A stretch of 46,655 nucleotides of DNA from a virus. Where the stretch lies: IMG/VR virus record IMGVR_UViG_3300043389_000001, positions 1 through 46,655 of that record; one strand, given 5' to 3'. Below, one piece after another: positions 18,777 through 26,969 of this stretch (position 1 is the first letter of the stretch; the number at the start of each line of letters is the position of its first letter). The position numbers were made by a program, and so were the translations under genes. The notes under the pieces were generated by a model, which was not told where the DNA came from, made no database searches, and saw nothing but the letters and a program-made list of their open reading frames with translations.

Positions 18777-18874
18777 GATTCCTCCTGTAGGTCGAGCCCA
18801 CAGTTTGACCATAAAGACGATGCCCCGGTAGCCACGAAGCAGCTATTCACCCACCCGGAGTAAACACGTCGACT

Positions 18875-19204
18875 TCAGGCATAGATCACGTCCAGCGCCG
18901 GGAACTCGTCCACGGCCAGTGGTGTCATGACCCGGCCCGGGTCCAGCACTGCGACGCGAACACAGTCATCGCAGCAGATCTGCACGGCTGGCAGCCACCG
19001 CTGGGTCTCGACGATGCCGAAGCAGAACATGCAGCGCAGGCCCCCGACCCACACATTGCAGCCATCAAGGTGCTGAAACTCGTGAAGGCGGCCAATCCAC
19101 AGCGCATGACTGCTACGAACGGCCCGTGCGAGAACGCCGTGGGTCTCGCACACCGACTGCCAAAGGGAAAGAGAACCCCGAGGTGGCGTGATGAGTAACG
19201 ACAT
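18875..19204 (-). CDS. Possible small CxxC protein (start uncertain)
   Basis: 3' part of ORF 18875..19885 reads CMFC...CCDDC...; the 5' extension looks spurious. Confidence 0.3.
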   Translation of the reverse strand: MSLLITPPRGSLSLWQSVCETHGVLARAVRSSHALWIGRLHEFQHLDGCNVWVGGLRCMFCFGIVETQRWLPAVQICCDDCVRVAVLDPGRVMTPLAVDEFPALDVIYA

Positions 19205-19513
19205 GTTGCCGAGTGTAACCACACGTATCTGACGAGTCACTGCCTCAGCCGCAGACTCAACCGTTTGACGAAGCTTCAAGCACACCCTCAACGCCCGCCA
19301 CACAAAGGAGGAAACAGCCCATGCGCGGACAGACCTGGGGCTAGGCTGCTCCAGTCGCAGGCGAGCAACGAGCCACCCCGTATCTGCGCTCGCCTGCGGC
19401 ACCCTCACCCGAACTACCGATACATGGCGCTGGACACTGATAAGTGCCGCCAGGTAGAAATAACGCCATGCACCGGGTGAGGCCCGGTGACTGAGCGGAC
19501 CGGTGAGGCCGGT

Positions 19514-19562
19514 TGCCCTCGGAACAAGCTGACCTCTAAACAGCTTGAGCCGAGGGCATTTT
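19514..19562 (+). terminator. Long hairpin followed by TTTT
   Basis: TGCCCTCGG/CCGAGGGCA plus inner CAAGCTG/CAGCTTG, then TTTT. Confidence 0.55.
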
Positions 19563-19616
19563 CGCGTCCAGACCCTGCACTCGAATGACCGTCTTCCGTC
19601 ATCCCTGAGGGTCGCC

Positions 19617-19925
19617 ATGCTCACCCGGGTCTCCAACGTCACCCGCCTGCCCAAGCACCGCCTCGGCGGTCCATCCGCCCTCGACCTCGAAGCCCTCTTC
19701 ACCGAACAGTGGCACGTCTCGCGCTCCTTCCCCGGCGAGGACCACACTCTCGAACGCACATGCCGATGCCTGAAAGCACCGTGCGGCATGGCCTTTCCCA
19801 CTGCCGGCGTGTCCTGCGACCAGCACCTAGGCCAGAAACCCATCCGCCAGTACCACCGCGCTCGCGACTGTAAGTACCTGCGCATCGGCGTGTTTCGCTG
19901 GTTCGGAAGGAATGACCATGGCTGA
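19617..19925 (+). CDS. Cys/His-rich hypothetical protein
   Basis: GAGGG before ATG; CRC...CG...CDQH...H...C. Confidence 0.6.
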   Translation: MLTRVSNVTRLPKHRLGGPSALDLEALFTEQWHVSRSFPGEDHTLERTCRCLKAPCGMAFPTAGVSCDQHLGQKPIRQYHRARDCKYLRIGVFRWFGRNDHG

Positions 19926-20412
19926 ACCCAAGATCGTCCTGCTGCGTGACGCTCGCAAATACGTACAGAACAAACGCTTCGAAGGCGTCATCTGCCCCTG
20001 CTGCGACCAGAACGCCCGCGTCTACAAACGCCGCCTCACCCACTCGATGGTCCAAGCCCTCATCGGCCTGTACCGCGCCGGTGGCATCAGCGAATGGGTC
20101 CACGGTCCCTCCATCACCCGCGAACACCGGGGCGAAGAAGCACGCCTACAGTACTGGGGACTCATCGAGCCGGCCACCGCCGAGAGCAAGCCGCTCGGCG
20201 CGCAGCGCGGCTACTGGCGCGTCACCCGCCGGGGCCAGCTCTTCCTGTCCAACAAGATCTCCGTCCCCGCCTACGCCCAGGTCTACAACGCCCGATCGTT
20301 CGGCCTGCGCGGCAAGCCCACGAAGATCACCGACATCCTCGGTAGCCGCTTCAGCCTCAAGAAGCTGCTCGCCGACGAAGTAGAACCCGAGGAATTCGAT
20401 GGCGCACCCTGA
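19912..20412 (+). CDS. Hypothetical protein (CPCC; possible winged-helix)
   Basis: RBS AAGGA, codon bias, WGLIE...GYWRVT.RG pattern. Confidence 0.7.
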   Translation: MTMAEPKIVLLRDARKYVQNKRFEGVICPCCDQNARVYKRRLTHSMVQALIGLYRAGGISEWVHGPSITREHRGEEARLQYWGLIEPATAESKPLGAQRGYWRVTRRGQLFLSNKISVPAYAQVYNARSFGLRGKPTKITDILGSRFSLKKLLADEVEPEEFDGAP

Positions 20413-20596
20413 CCCCATACCCGGCTCCAAGAAAGAGATCTGGGTCTTCCTCGTCGAATTCCCTGACCGACTCGTCGGGGACGCAGCCGTCACATACGTC
20501 CTCGACGGCGACAGCGACGACGTGCGAGTCCACCTCGTACAGCGCCTGCCCTTCCCCGCCCCGCCCAAGGCCCTCGACCTGACATTGGTGGACTGA
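20399..20596 (+). CDS. Hypothetical protein
   Basis: RBS GAGGA, fills the operon. Confidence 0.6.
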   Translation: MAHPDPIPGSKKEIWVFLVEFPDRLVGDAAVTYVLDGDSDDVRVHLVQRLPFPAPPKALDLTLVD

Positions 20597-20597
20597 C

Positions 20598-20876
20598 ATG
20601 CCCCTCGGCAAGATCGAAATCGCACGCTGGATGGTCCTGCAGGAACCCTTCGACGAACCCGCCGTCAGGATCACCGTCGACATGAGCGGACGAAAGGGTA
20701 GCCTCGACACCTACATTGGTGAACTCGACGAAGCCTACGCCAGCGCCACCCACGCCATCCGCCGCGAGCACGACCGCCGAGAAGCGCTGCGCCAGCGGGT
20801 GATCGACGCACAGCTCGCCGCCGCCAACGAGCAGACCCGGCTGGAGAACGAAGGCCAGCAGCAGGCAACCCCGTGA
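20598..20876 (+). CDS. Hypothetical protein
   Basis: Tightly packed, codon bias. Confidence 0.65.
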   Translation: MPLGKIEIARWMVLQEPFDEPAVRITVDMSGRKGSLDTYIGELDEAYASATHAIRREHDRREALRQRVIDAQLAAANEQTRLENEGQQQATP

Positions 20877-21094
20877 CCCCGTTCCGCTTCAACTTCCAGC
20901 ACTACTGGACCGGCACCGTCTTCCCCGAGAACGGACGCTCACCACTGCCGGGCATCAACATCTTCATCACCACCAACGAGACCCTCACCCCGGTCGAATT
21001 CACGGTGGTGTGGGACAGCGCTACCCGTGAGATCCGCGCCAAGATCCTCGCCGAGATGGACAAACAAGATGCTCAGCCGGCCCACCACCGATGA
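20873..21094 (+). CDS. Hypothetical protein
   Basis: GTGA overlap. Confidence 0.6.
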   Translation: MTPFRFNFQHYWTGTVFPENGRSPLPGINIFITTNETLTPVEFTVVWDSATREIRAKILAEMDKQDAQPAHHR

Positions 21095-21314
21095 CCTGAA
21101 CGTCGAACACCTCCTCATCAACGGCGACTTCTGGCTCACCGTCGACGAAGTCGCCACATGGCTACGCGTCACCCGCTCATGGCTGAAAACCGAATGCGAC
21201 AGCGGCCGAATCCCCCACCACAAATTCGGCGACCGCACCGTCCGGTTCCGCTACTCCGACCTTGAGGACTACCTCAGAACCGCCTGGAGGCCCCGCTATG
21301 CCTACGATTCCTGA
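21069..21314 (+). CDS. Excisionase-like HTH_17 DNA-binding protein
   Basis: WLTVDEVATWLRVTRSWL...GRIP..KFG.RTVRF...DLEDYL. Confidence 0.8.
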   Translation: MLSRPTTDDLNVEHLLINGDFWLTVDEVATWLRVTRSWLKTECDSGRIPHHKFGDRTVRFRYSDLEDYLRTAWRPRYAYDS

Positions 21315-21576
21315 CACCCTGCGCTTCTTCCCCGTCGACGCGCAGATCGCCCACCTGCACACCGTCACCCAGCGCACCGTGGCCCTGCCCGTCGGGTCCG
21401 TCATCGCCACCGTACCCAGCGAATTCGCCACCATGCGCGTGGCCCTGCACCTGACCGAAGAACCGTACGACCCCGAATGCGACATCCACTTCAGCCAGAT
21501 CACCAGCCTGCAGAGCGCCATCGTCGTGCAGTACATCAACGGCCTGTACCGCGTGGCCCCCACCTCTCAGCCATGA
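21298..21576 (+). CDS. Hypothetical protein
   Basis: RBS GGAGG before ATG 21298. Confidence 0.65.
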   Translation: MPTIPDTLRFFPVDAQIAHLHTVTQRTVALPVGSVIATVPSEFATMRVALHLTEEPYDPECDIHFSQITSLQSAIVVQYINGLYRVAPTSQP

Positions 21577-21857
21577 ACGATGCCGAACCCGACAACCGGA
21601 TCATCGGGTACCTGTTCAGGGTCAAGAACGACCAAGAGGGATTCGGGATCTACAAGGGCGACAAGATCGTCTGCGTCGCCAGCGACTGGGACCCCGTATA
21701 CAAGCTGACCGTCTGCTACCGAGAGAGCGACCTGTTCGACCCGCAGATGAACATCTACCGCGAAGACGTCCACCACCTCGAAAGCCTGATCTGGATCGAG
21801 TGGCGCGACGGACGCTACTGGCCAGCGGCAGCACCCGAACCATCCCCCCAGGAATGA
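21573..21857 (+). CDS. Hypothetical protein
   Basis: ATGA overlap. Confidence 0.65.
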   Translation: MNDAEPDNRIIGYLFRVKNDQEGFGIYKGDKIVCVASDWDPVYKLTVCYRESDLFDPQMNIYREDVHHLESLIWIEWRDGRYWPAAAPEPSPQE

Positions 21858-21875
21858 CCGCAACCGCGTGTGGGC

Positions 21876-22196
21876 ATGGACTGCACGCTCACACATGTCG
21901 ATGACACCGACATGTACAGGGTGCTGAGCGTGGTCGAAGAGATGAGCGCGACCTTGGCGGAGGCGGCCCAGAATTTAGGCAAAGCCCTACGCGCCATCGA
22001 CGCCGAAATGAGCAACCTTGAAAAGCGCCTGTCCGCCGACGCAGCAAAACTCGAAGAGGCCCTCCTTCGAGCTGAACTGTCCGAAGCTGACCGCGAGACC
22101 CTCATGGCTGCCCTCGCCCGCGTTGAAGGCACAGCCGCCGCCGTCGCCAACTTCACCCACAAGCGCGATGGGTCCATGCCACCGCACCACCCCTGA
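21876..22196 (+). CDS. Coiled-coil hypothetical protein
   Basis: Heptad-like Leu/Ala/Glu sequence; start uncertain (21876 or 21912). Confidence 0.5.
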   Translation: MDCTLTHVDDTDMYRVLSVVEEMSATLAEAAQNLGKALRAIDAEMSNLEKRLSADAAKLEEALLRAELSEADRETLMAALARVEGTAAAVANFTHKRDGSMPPHHP

Positions 22197-22218
22197 ACCA
22201 AGAAGCATCAGCAAGACT

Positions 22219-22291
22219 GCCGGCGTAGCTCAGCGGATAGAGCGACAGATTTCTAATCTGTGGGTCGCGGGTTCGAATCCTGCCGCCGGCA
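22219..22291 (+). tRNA. tRNA-Arg(UCU)
   Basis: Acceptor GCCGGCG/CGCCGGC, D-stem GCTC/GAGC, anticodon stem ACAGA/TCTGT with loop TT-TCT-AA, T-loop TTCGAAT; no encoded CCA. Confidence 0.92.
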
Positions 22292-22292
22292 C

Positions 22293-22487
22293 ATGAGCGA
22301 GAATTACCACGGGCGTAGGCCCACCGAGCAGGAATGCTGGGAGAACTACTGGCATGTCGTCTCCGCCCAGATCGGCCGGGCCTACGCCCGAGGCGTCAGA
22401 GCCCCTCAGGTTCCAGCTCCCAGAGCCCCAGAATCCGAACCTTCGCCTGCGGTTCTTCCGGGTTCCACGAGCCCGGAAGAACCGTGA
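22293..22487 (+). CDS. Small ORF convergently overlapping the integrase 3' end
   Basis: ATG two bases after the tRNA discriminator; first 35 codons look protein-like. Confidence 0.35.
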   Translation: MSENYHGRRPTEQECWENYWHVVSAQIGRAYARGVRAPQVPAPRAPESEPSPAVLPGSTSPEEP

Positions 22488-23907
22488 TGCGCCCGATCAC
22501 CTGACGAAGAGCAATCTGCTGTTCCTCGGGGCTGGCCAGCGTCTCCCAGTTCGCGTACAGATCTTGCAGGGCCGGACGCGGGTCAGCCTTCTTCGCCTTT
22601 TTCAGGCGCGCCACCTCGTCCAGACGGCTCTTGGCCATCGTCATCTGCGTCTCCAGCTCGCTGTACTTCTCCTCATAGTGATCCTCGGCAACGTTTCCCT
22701 TCACGAACAGCGTCAATAGCCGCTTCATCTGACCCTCAAGGTCGGACAACTGCTTGCGCAGAGATTCCGCATCCGCTTCAACCGCGCCGGCTGCCGCTTC
22801 GGCCTCCTCCGGGAACCATTCACCCTCCGCCCGCGATTCCAACCACGTCCGCAGCGCGACCATCGCACGGATATCCGAGATGTTCGCCCCCGGGCAGCCC
22901 AGCTCCCCCTGGTCGGCCTTTTTCTTGCACTTCCAGTACGGGTAGCCGTTGGAGTAGTTGACGACCATTGCCCAGCCGCACTGATCGCATTTCATCATTC
23001 CGGTCAGCACCCGGTTAGGGACCTTGGTGCGAGGGGCGACCAGTCGGTTCGCCAGCCGCATTCTCTTGTACCTCTCGAAGTCCTCCTCCGAGATGATGGT
23101 CTCCTGTCCACCGCGACGCCAGATGTCGAACGCCTCAAGCGTCTTCTGCGTCGGGTACTTCTTCCTCTGGTCCGCTGACTTCTCCCGGATAAACCCGGCT
23201 GCGAATCCGGTATCCAGCATGACCGTGACCGACTGCGGGGTGAATAGATTGCCCTGTGGATTGCGGATTCCCAGATGGTTCAGCTCCATCGAGAGCGTTC
23301 GGAAGCTGGTACCAGCGAGGGCCCGGCTGTACAGCGCGGCCAGAATGGGGCCGGTCTCTTCACTCACGATGTACGTCTTACGCCCCTTTATGGTCACGTA
23401 GTCGTACCCGAAGCGCGGAGCCCCACTGTGAGGTAGAGCGTGCTCCCGCCGGTGGTTGTGGGTCTCCTTCCAGCCCTCCGACTTCATGTTCGATTCCATG
23501 GCCGCGATGGTCAGCAGCATGTCCCGGGTGAACTGACCGATGATCGACTCGGGGTCGATGTCCTCGGTGGCCGAGTAGACCTCACCGCCAGCCTCCTGAA
23601 CCTGAGCAAGGTAGGCCCCGGACAGGACAGAGTTACGACCCCAGCGCGACCACTTCCACAAGATCACGGCCTCGTACTGGCCCTCCCTGATCTCGTCGAC
23701 CATCTGGCCAACCGCACGCTTCTCGAACCGCCGTCCGCTCTTGTTCAGGTCTTGGATGACCTTGACGATGCGGTACCGGTTCTTGGCCGCCCACTCGCGG
23801 GCCGCCGTCTCCTGGATCTCCGGCGAGATCATGTTCTCGCGGCCCTTCGAAACCCGGACATAGACGACAGCGCGGCGCCAGTTTGCCTGCGGTGCAACAA
23901 GATTCAT
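22396..23907 (-). CDS. int: Large serine integrase
   Basis: AVVYVRVSK (catalytic Ser), D..KSG, SRWGR, PRFGY recombinase domain, CDQCG...CK...C zinc ribbon, coiled coil. Confidence 0.95.
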   Translation of the reverse strand: MNLVAPQANWRRAVVYVRVSKGRENMISPEIQETAAREWAAKNRYRIVKVIQDLNKSGRRFEKRAVGQMVDEIREGQYEAVILWKWSRWGRNSVLSGAYLAQVQEAGGEVYSATEDIDPESIIGQFTRDMLLTIAAMESNMKSEGWKETHNHRREHALPHSGAPRFGYDYVTIKGRKTYIVSEETGPILAALYSRALAGTSFRTLSMELNHLGIRNPQGNLFTPQSVTVMLDTGFAAGFIREKSADQRKKYPTQKTLEAFDIWRRGGQETIISEEDFERYKRMRLANRLVAPRTKVPNRVLTGMMKCDQCGWAMVVNYSNGYPYWKCKKKADQGELGCPGANISDIRAMVALRTWLESRAEGEWFPEEAEAAAGAVEADAESLRKQLSDLEGQMKRLLTLFVKGNVAEDHYEEKYSELETQMTMAKSRLDEVARLKKAKKADPRPALQDLYANWETLASPEEQQIALRQVIGRITVLPGSWNPEEPQAKVRILGLWELEPEGL

Positions 23908-23947
23908 AGCGGTGGTCTCCGATCGCGTTGGGCTGATCGGACTATAT

Positions 23948-23987
23948 TAGTTTAGACGTACCGACGTTCGTCAAGGCGTCTAAACTA
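23948..23987. other. Putative attP site
   Basis: TAGTTTAGACG-tacc-GACG-TT-CGTC-aagg-CGTCTAAACTA: symmetric about TT (23967-68), 40 bp upstream of the int start. Confidence 0.75.
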
Positions 23988-24058
23988 CGCTTACGCTTAT
24001 CGGACATATTGCGGCCCGCTGCCCAGCTCGTAGCGGTAGCGGGTGGGACACTGTCGTC

Positions 24059-24367
24059 ATGACCACCATCCCCCTCGATGACGACGACATGGCCAAGCTG
24101 ACGGCGCTGTCCTTCATGTGGGACTGCTCGCCGCAGGAGGCGCTGAAGCGGGCGCTCGCGGCCAGCATGTCCGCCCAGTTGACGCCCGCCGGACCGGACG
24201 AGAAGGCGCCCAATGTGTGGCGGATGTTCGAGCACACGGTCTACACGGTGGCGGTCGCTCACGGGGTAGACAGGGGGCTGGCCGTGACCCTCGGGAGTGA
24301 CGCGGCGACGGCGGCCATGCTGCATCTGAAGGACATGATCCGGGCGGCCGAGGAGCCGCCAGCCTGA
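24059..24367 (+). CDS. Hypothetical protein (ribbon-helix-helix-like N-terminus)
   Basis: MTTIPLDDDDMAKL...SPQEALKRAL pattern; probably leaderless. Confidence 0.5.
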   Translation: MTTIPLDDDDMAKLTALSFMWDCSPQEALKRALAASMSAQLTPAGPDEKAPNVWRMFEHTVYTVAVAHGVDRGLAVTLGSDAATAAMLHLKDMIRAAEEPPA

Positions 24368-24418
24368 TCACCTGCTTGGCCTAGTGTGGCGGGCGCCGAG
24401 GATGGAGAGACTGGCGGT

Positions 24419-24613
24419 ATGGCTCAGCGATGTGACGTGTGTGGTTACCCCAGCGGTAAAGAGCGGGGCAAGGTCAAGAAGGTGCAGGGCGAGGTGAAGT
24501 GCGAGACCTGCGCTAAGGGTGCTGCGGAGCTGGCCGAGGAGAGGCCGGATGAGTTCTGGTTCGACAAGGACACGGGCGTGCTGATGTCGCTGGAAGGCGC
24601 GCCTCGCCGCTGA
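24419..24613 (+). CDS. Small zinc-finger protein
   Basis: CDVCG...CETC; GGAG upstream; followed by a terminator. Confidence 0.65.
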   Translation: MAQRCDVCGYPSGKERGKVKKVQGEVKCETCAKGAAELAEERPDEFWFDKDTGVLMSLEGAPRR

Positions 24614-24627
24614 TCGTTTGTTCGTGA

Positions 24628-24663
24628 AGGGCCCTCGACGTGATGTCGGGGGCTTTTCTTTTT
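24628..24663 (+). terminator. Intrinsic terminator
   Basis: GCCCTCGAC-GTGAT-GTCGGGGGC followed by TTTTCTTTTT. Confidence 0.8.
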
Positions 24664-24790
24664 GCCTCTTTGCCGGCGCGCTTCGAATGCAGCCGGCGAA
24701 TAGCCGGCCATACGATTGCCGGCAACGTCAATATCTGTCACCCGTTTGGGCTATCGCGGCAATGGTGCGGCAACAAGCAGACTCTCGTTC

Positions 24791-25003
24791 ATGCCCGACG
24801 ACAAGCAAGTCCGAGCCTTTCGCCGCATCGCCCCGATGTTCGAGATCTACCGGGAGATGATGCACAGCGATTTGACGGATGAATCCGAGCAGACCGACCT
24901 TGCCGATTTCTGCGGTGACCTCATTCATTACACGCAGTTTCGCGGGCTGAATATTGTTGCCGCCCTTGAGAGCGGTCGCAGGTATTTCGCTGAGGAGTCG
25001 TGA
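24791..25003 (+). CDS. Hypothetical protein
   Basis: DL.DF..DLIHY...YF.EE pattern; GTGA-coupled to the next gene. Confidence 0.65.
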   Translation: MPDDKQVRAFRRIAPMFEIYREMMHSDLTDESEQTDLADFCGDLIHYTQFRGLNIVAALESGRRYFAEES

Positions 25004-25491
25004 GCGAGCCTGACTACGACCCGGCGTGGACGGGTCAGGCCCGAACGTTTCTTCAGGCCCTGCTCAAGGACCGACCGTCGTTCAACAATCTGTTCACGGT
25101 GGTGGATGTTGAGCGCATTCAGCACGGCACGTTGTTGGTGACGTTGGATGACGGGACGACGATGCGTATCGACGTCGACCGGTATCCCACCAAGGACCAT
25201 GACCGTAAGCAGGCTCGCCTTGAGCAGGGTTTGCGTCCGAGAACGAACGCCCCGGGGGTGGGGAATGTTCTGCGGAAGGCGGGCTTCGCGCGACACGGGT
25301 CTTTGACGTTCGGCGGCAGCGGCTACACGGTGTCCGCTGTTCGGGGTGGAGGGGTGGAGCTGCACTGGATTGACGAGCGGGGCCAGCCCAAGCGCCGGGC
25401 TGAGCAGATCCCGAAGATTCGCGCCGCGCTGGAGCAGCGTGGGTATCTGGTGACGGGCGTGGCCAAGACCGGCGGGTTGATCGTCGGGTAG
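25000..25491 (+). CDS. Hypothetical protein
   Basis: RBS GAGGAG; ends at a terminator. Confidence 0.7.
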   Translation: MSEPDYDPAWTGQARTFLQALLKDRPSFNNLFTVVDVERIQHGTLLVTLDDGTTMRIDVDRYPTKDHDRKQARLEQGLRPRTNAPGVGNVLRKAGFARHGSLTFGGSGYTVSAVRGGGVELHWIDERGQPKRRAEQIPKIRAALEQRGYLVTGVAKTGGLIVG

Positions 25492-25495
25492 GCAG

Positions 25496-25535
25496 CAGAA
25501 AGCCCCCCGGCAGGCTGTGAACGGGGGGCTTTCTG
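25496..25535. terminator. Bidirectional terminator between convergent genes
   Basis: CAGAAAGCCCCCCG/CGGGGGGCTTTCTG 14-bp stem. Confidence 0.8.
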
Positions 25536-25594
25536 TCGTACAGGAGACCGTCGAGCACGTAGCACTTGTGCGCAACATGGCCAGGGTACCAGGG

Positions 25595-25933
25595 TTATGG
25601 GGCTTCTTGGCTACCGTCATAATCTGGACGTTTGTACTTTTCAGCCTTTACTTCCTCTCTTTGCTCTTCTGCCCAAATGTCCCCCACGGGGCCAATGCCG
25701 AATTCTTTGATGATGGCCGGCAACGAACCAAGATCGACGCTCAGGGTGTCGTAGTGGTTGTTGTCCGGGGTGATGAAGCTGCACTTGTAGCCGATGGTGC
25801 CCCGGGTGGCCATGATGATCTCGTAGACGTCATAGCTGTGCACCAGCGGGACGTCGATGTCGACCATGTGTCGGCTGTCCTCGACCCGCTGATGGTTTTT
25901 GATCGTGGCCGGCTTCTGCTCATCGTTCTTCAT
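25595..25933 (-). CDS. Hypothetical protein
   Basis: RBS GAGGGG, overlaps upstream gene. Confidence 0.6.
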   Translation of the reverse strand: MKNDEQKPATIKNHQRVEDSRHMVDIDVPLVHSYDVYEIIMATRGTIGYKCSFITPDNNHYDTLSVDLGSLPAIIKEFGIGPVGDIWAEEQREEVKAEKYKRPDYDGSQEAP

Positions 25934-26273
25934 AGCCGTGTTCCCCTCTTTCTTTCTCGCGCATGAGCTGCTGGGTGCGCTGGCTTTGGAGGACGAGCCC
26001 GTGCATGGTCAGTGCGTCGGCCTTGTTGGTGGTGCGCACCTCGTGGACGAGGTTGCCTTTGCCGGCGAAGACGGCGGTGCCGAAGATGCGGGGGTCGCCT
26101 TCGTGGTCGCCAACCCAGCGATCTTCGTCGTGCCCCAGCCACATGGTGACTACGACGCGGTCGCCGACGTCGTCGCGCCCGAGGGTGCGGGCTTCCTTGT
26201 CCTCGAACAGTCGGCCCCATTCGAGGACGTCGATGGGCTGGCCGTCCATGTCGAAGAAGTGGTCTTCAAGCAT
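25920..26273 (-). CDS. Hypothetical protein (V.T.WLG.D...P.IF.T.VF phage family)
   Basis: Codon bias and a motif recurrent in phage hypotheticals. Confidence 0.7.
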   Translation of the reverse strand: MLEDHFFDMDGQPIDVLEWGRLFEDKEARTLGRDDVGDRVVVTMWLGHDEDRWVGDHEGDPRIFGTAVFAGKGNLVHEVRTTNKADALTMHGLVLQSQRTQQLMREKERGEHGYEER

Positions 26274-26439
26274 GGGCGATCACCCCGGCGGCATCGAGGG
26301 CGGCTTCGACGGCGCGCCAGATGGTGGCGTTGCGGTGAACGCTGCCAGGCAGGGCTTCGATGACGGTGTAGACGGCGCGGTAGGCAGCCTCGCGGTCATG
26401 GGTGTGGTCGCAGCGGCACTCGCTGGTCTCTGGGCTCAT
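26266..26439 (-). CDS. Hypothetical protein, 57 aa (not in ORF track)
   Basis: Read manually: MSPETSECRCDHTHDREAAYRAVY...; RBS GAGGGG; overlaps the next start. Confidence 0.55.
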   Translation of the reverse strand: MSPETSECRCDHTHDREAAYRAVYTVIEALPGSVHRNATIWRAVEAALDAAGVIAHA

Positions 26440-26514
26440 CAGTCCCCTCAGTCACACGGGCCGGTCATGGGTGTGGCCCCCGGTGGGATACCGGGGGCCA
26501 CACTGGTGGGGCTG

Positions 26515-26754
26515 TCAGACCAGCCCGATGTTCTCTCGCAGGCATACATCGTGGTAGGGCACCCGGATCATCCGGTGGTCGCCGAGGCGAGGCAGGCTCC
26601 AGCCTTGCTCCCCTTCCGCGATGGGCAGCAGACAGTGCTGACACCTCTCACCGAGGGGGGTCGGGATCTTGGTGTCGGCGTGATGCAGGATGGGTTCGCG
26701 GGGTCCCCACCATTTGATGACGACGTTCTCTTCGGTGAGGCCGACGTCATCCAT
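26515..26754 (-). CDS. Small Cys/His protein
   Basis: CQHC...HDVC. Confidence 0.6.
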   Translation of the reverse strand: MDDVGLTEENVVIKWWGPREPILHHADTKIPTPLGERCQHCLLPIAEGEQGWSLPRLGDHRMIRVPYHDVCLRENIGLV

Positions 26755-26756
26755 GG

Positions 26757-26969
26757 TCAGTAGACGATGTGGTCGAACACGCCGTTCTTGGCTCCGCGCA
26801 GCAGCGCGTCGATCTCGATCAGGCTGTAGGTCTGCACCCCTGCCTCACGGTTCTTGGTGTCCCGGATCTCCACGTCGGTGCCGACGCGGCGCATCTCCAC
26901 GCAGGAGCCGTTGGTGTCCGAGGCGGTGACCCACTCGGTGGTCTTGGGGGTGGTGTCGATGATCTTCAT
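26757..26969 (-). CDS. DUF397 domain protein
   Basis: WVTAS...GSCVE...VEIRDTKN...GVFD; ATGA-coupled to the XRE gene. Confidence 0.88.
   Translation of the reverse strand: MKIIDTTPKTTEWVTASDTNGSCVEMRRVGTDVEIRDTKNREAGVQTYSLIEIDALLRGAKNGVFDHIVY

Noticed and set aside
19229-19280. Hammerhead-like CTGACGA-GTCA...TGAC-GAAG
   Set aside because: The core reads GAAG rather than GAAA, and no stem I can be formed adjacent to CUGA in type I or type III topology
18875-19885. 336-aa minus-strand ORF as one gene
   Set aside because: It overlaps a better + strand gene and the structured non-coding region; only the 3' third looks coding
22219-22291. tRNA-Arg(UCU) as the attachment site
   Set aside because: tRNA targeting is typical of tyrosine integrases; this is a serine integrase with a better attP candidate at 23948-87
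106-24014. CATATTGCGG at 106-115 and 24005-14 as a shared operator
   Set aside because: Only two copies of a 10-mer in 46 kb, in unrelated contexts; compatible with chance
25963-26763. 266-aa + strand ORF
   Set aside because: The space is better explained by coupled minus-strand genes, including the 57-aa ORF at 26266-26439
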